Shown: positions 63,352-64,000 of the stretch, in pieces
Layout: the number at the start of each line of letters is the position of its first letter
Numbering within the stretch: position 1 is the first letter of the stretch
Origin: Azolla caroliniana
Lineage: Eukaryota; Plantae; Polypodiophyta
Assembly: GCA_043228905.1 (NCBI GenBank)
Contig: JBHGNT010000008.1
Span: 5,890,001-5,954,000 of the forward strand
Reading direction: 5' to 3'
DNA length: 64,000 nt
Notes under the pieces: model-generated
Told to the model about the DNA's origin: nothing
Seen by the model: only the letters and a program-made list of their open reading frames with translations
The model's database searches: none
Position numbers and translations under genes: made by a program

Positions 63352-64000
63352 TGTCGTGATGTGGCGTGCCCAAGTGTGGGAAAAACCGGCGAAAGGGGGT
63401 TAAAATGTGTATGTGCAATGTGTGCACACAAAGGCATTTAATTGTGCACATGCAAAAGAAAAAGGGAAAAGGAAGGGTGCAAAGGAGGTATAGAAACTCG
63501 TGTAAAAGAGAGAGGAGAGATGAAAAGTAGAGAAGAGACAAGTTGTGGTTTCTAGACATAGGATTATATTACATATAATAGAGAGTTAATGGGCTACTGG
63601 ATAGACATATTGATTCTTAGCTAAAGGTGCACGGTTCAAATCTAGCTTGATAATGTAACGAGGTTTAAGGAATTTTATTCCTTTTACATTGAAGATGATG
63701 TGGCAAACCCCCTTTATTTTTTCCATAAAAGGAGGTCGAGGGGGGGCTCATGGGTAGGCAATTTTTGGGTTCTGGAGGTAGACCTTTAGGGTTTTGAGGT
63801 TCTTCTTCTTCTCTTTGATTTCTAGGGTTTTGATTTTAGGGTTTTCTTGTTTTTTTTCTTTTCTTCTACTTTCTATTGGGTTTAGAGCTAATGAGTTCTT
63901 TCTCATCTTCTTCTAGCTAGAGTTGAGGGTTTTGATACTTCTTCCTCTTCTTAGTCATTCGGAGGTTCTTATGGGTTTTTGATCTCTCTCACACACTCTC
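63352..64000 (+). mobile_element. Start of an LTR of the F/G lineage (runs off the window)
   Basis: Begins TGTCGTGATGTGGC like the F LTR, exactly where similarity to the A LTR stops. Confidence 0.65.

Overview
Plant nuclear DNA, probably from a non-seed land plant (inferred from the retroelement lineages). The first 2.1 kb holds the 3' part of a spliced EDR4-like zinc-ribbon gene. Most of the rest is one nest of LTR retrotransposons. The outer chromovirus-type Ty3/gypsy (A, 3953-56547, TSD AATGA) hosts four direct insertions: an Athila/Tat-type element B, a decayed Tcn1-type element D, a gag-only element F, and a tRNA-Trp-primed gypsy G. B carries an intact young Tcn1-type element C. G sits in A's 3' LTR and carries copia H, which carries copia I, which carries an intact copia J (five levels). 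The last 7.5 kb has solo or partial LTRs, copia fragments and a hAT-like MITE. Main unexplained signals: (1) tRNA-like A-box/B-box modules at tRNA spacing in the U3 of several unrelated gypsy LTRs; (2) an inverted copy of the primer-binding site where B's polypurine tract should be; (3) Tf1-like self-priming geometry in C and an apparently fossilised self-primed junction in D; (4) a 164-bp fold-back hairpin in B; (5) CpG-centred 4-bp targets for the Trp-primed lineage; (6) strong CCGG enrichment in the copia elements. Boundaries and counts were read by eye; lineage names and tRNA identities are from memory, not from a search.
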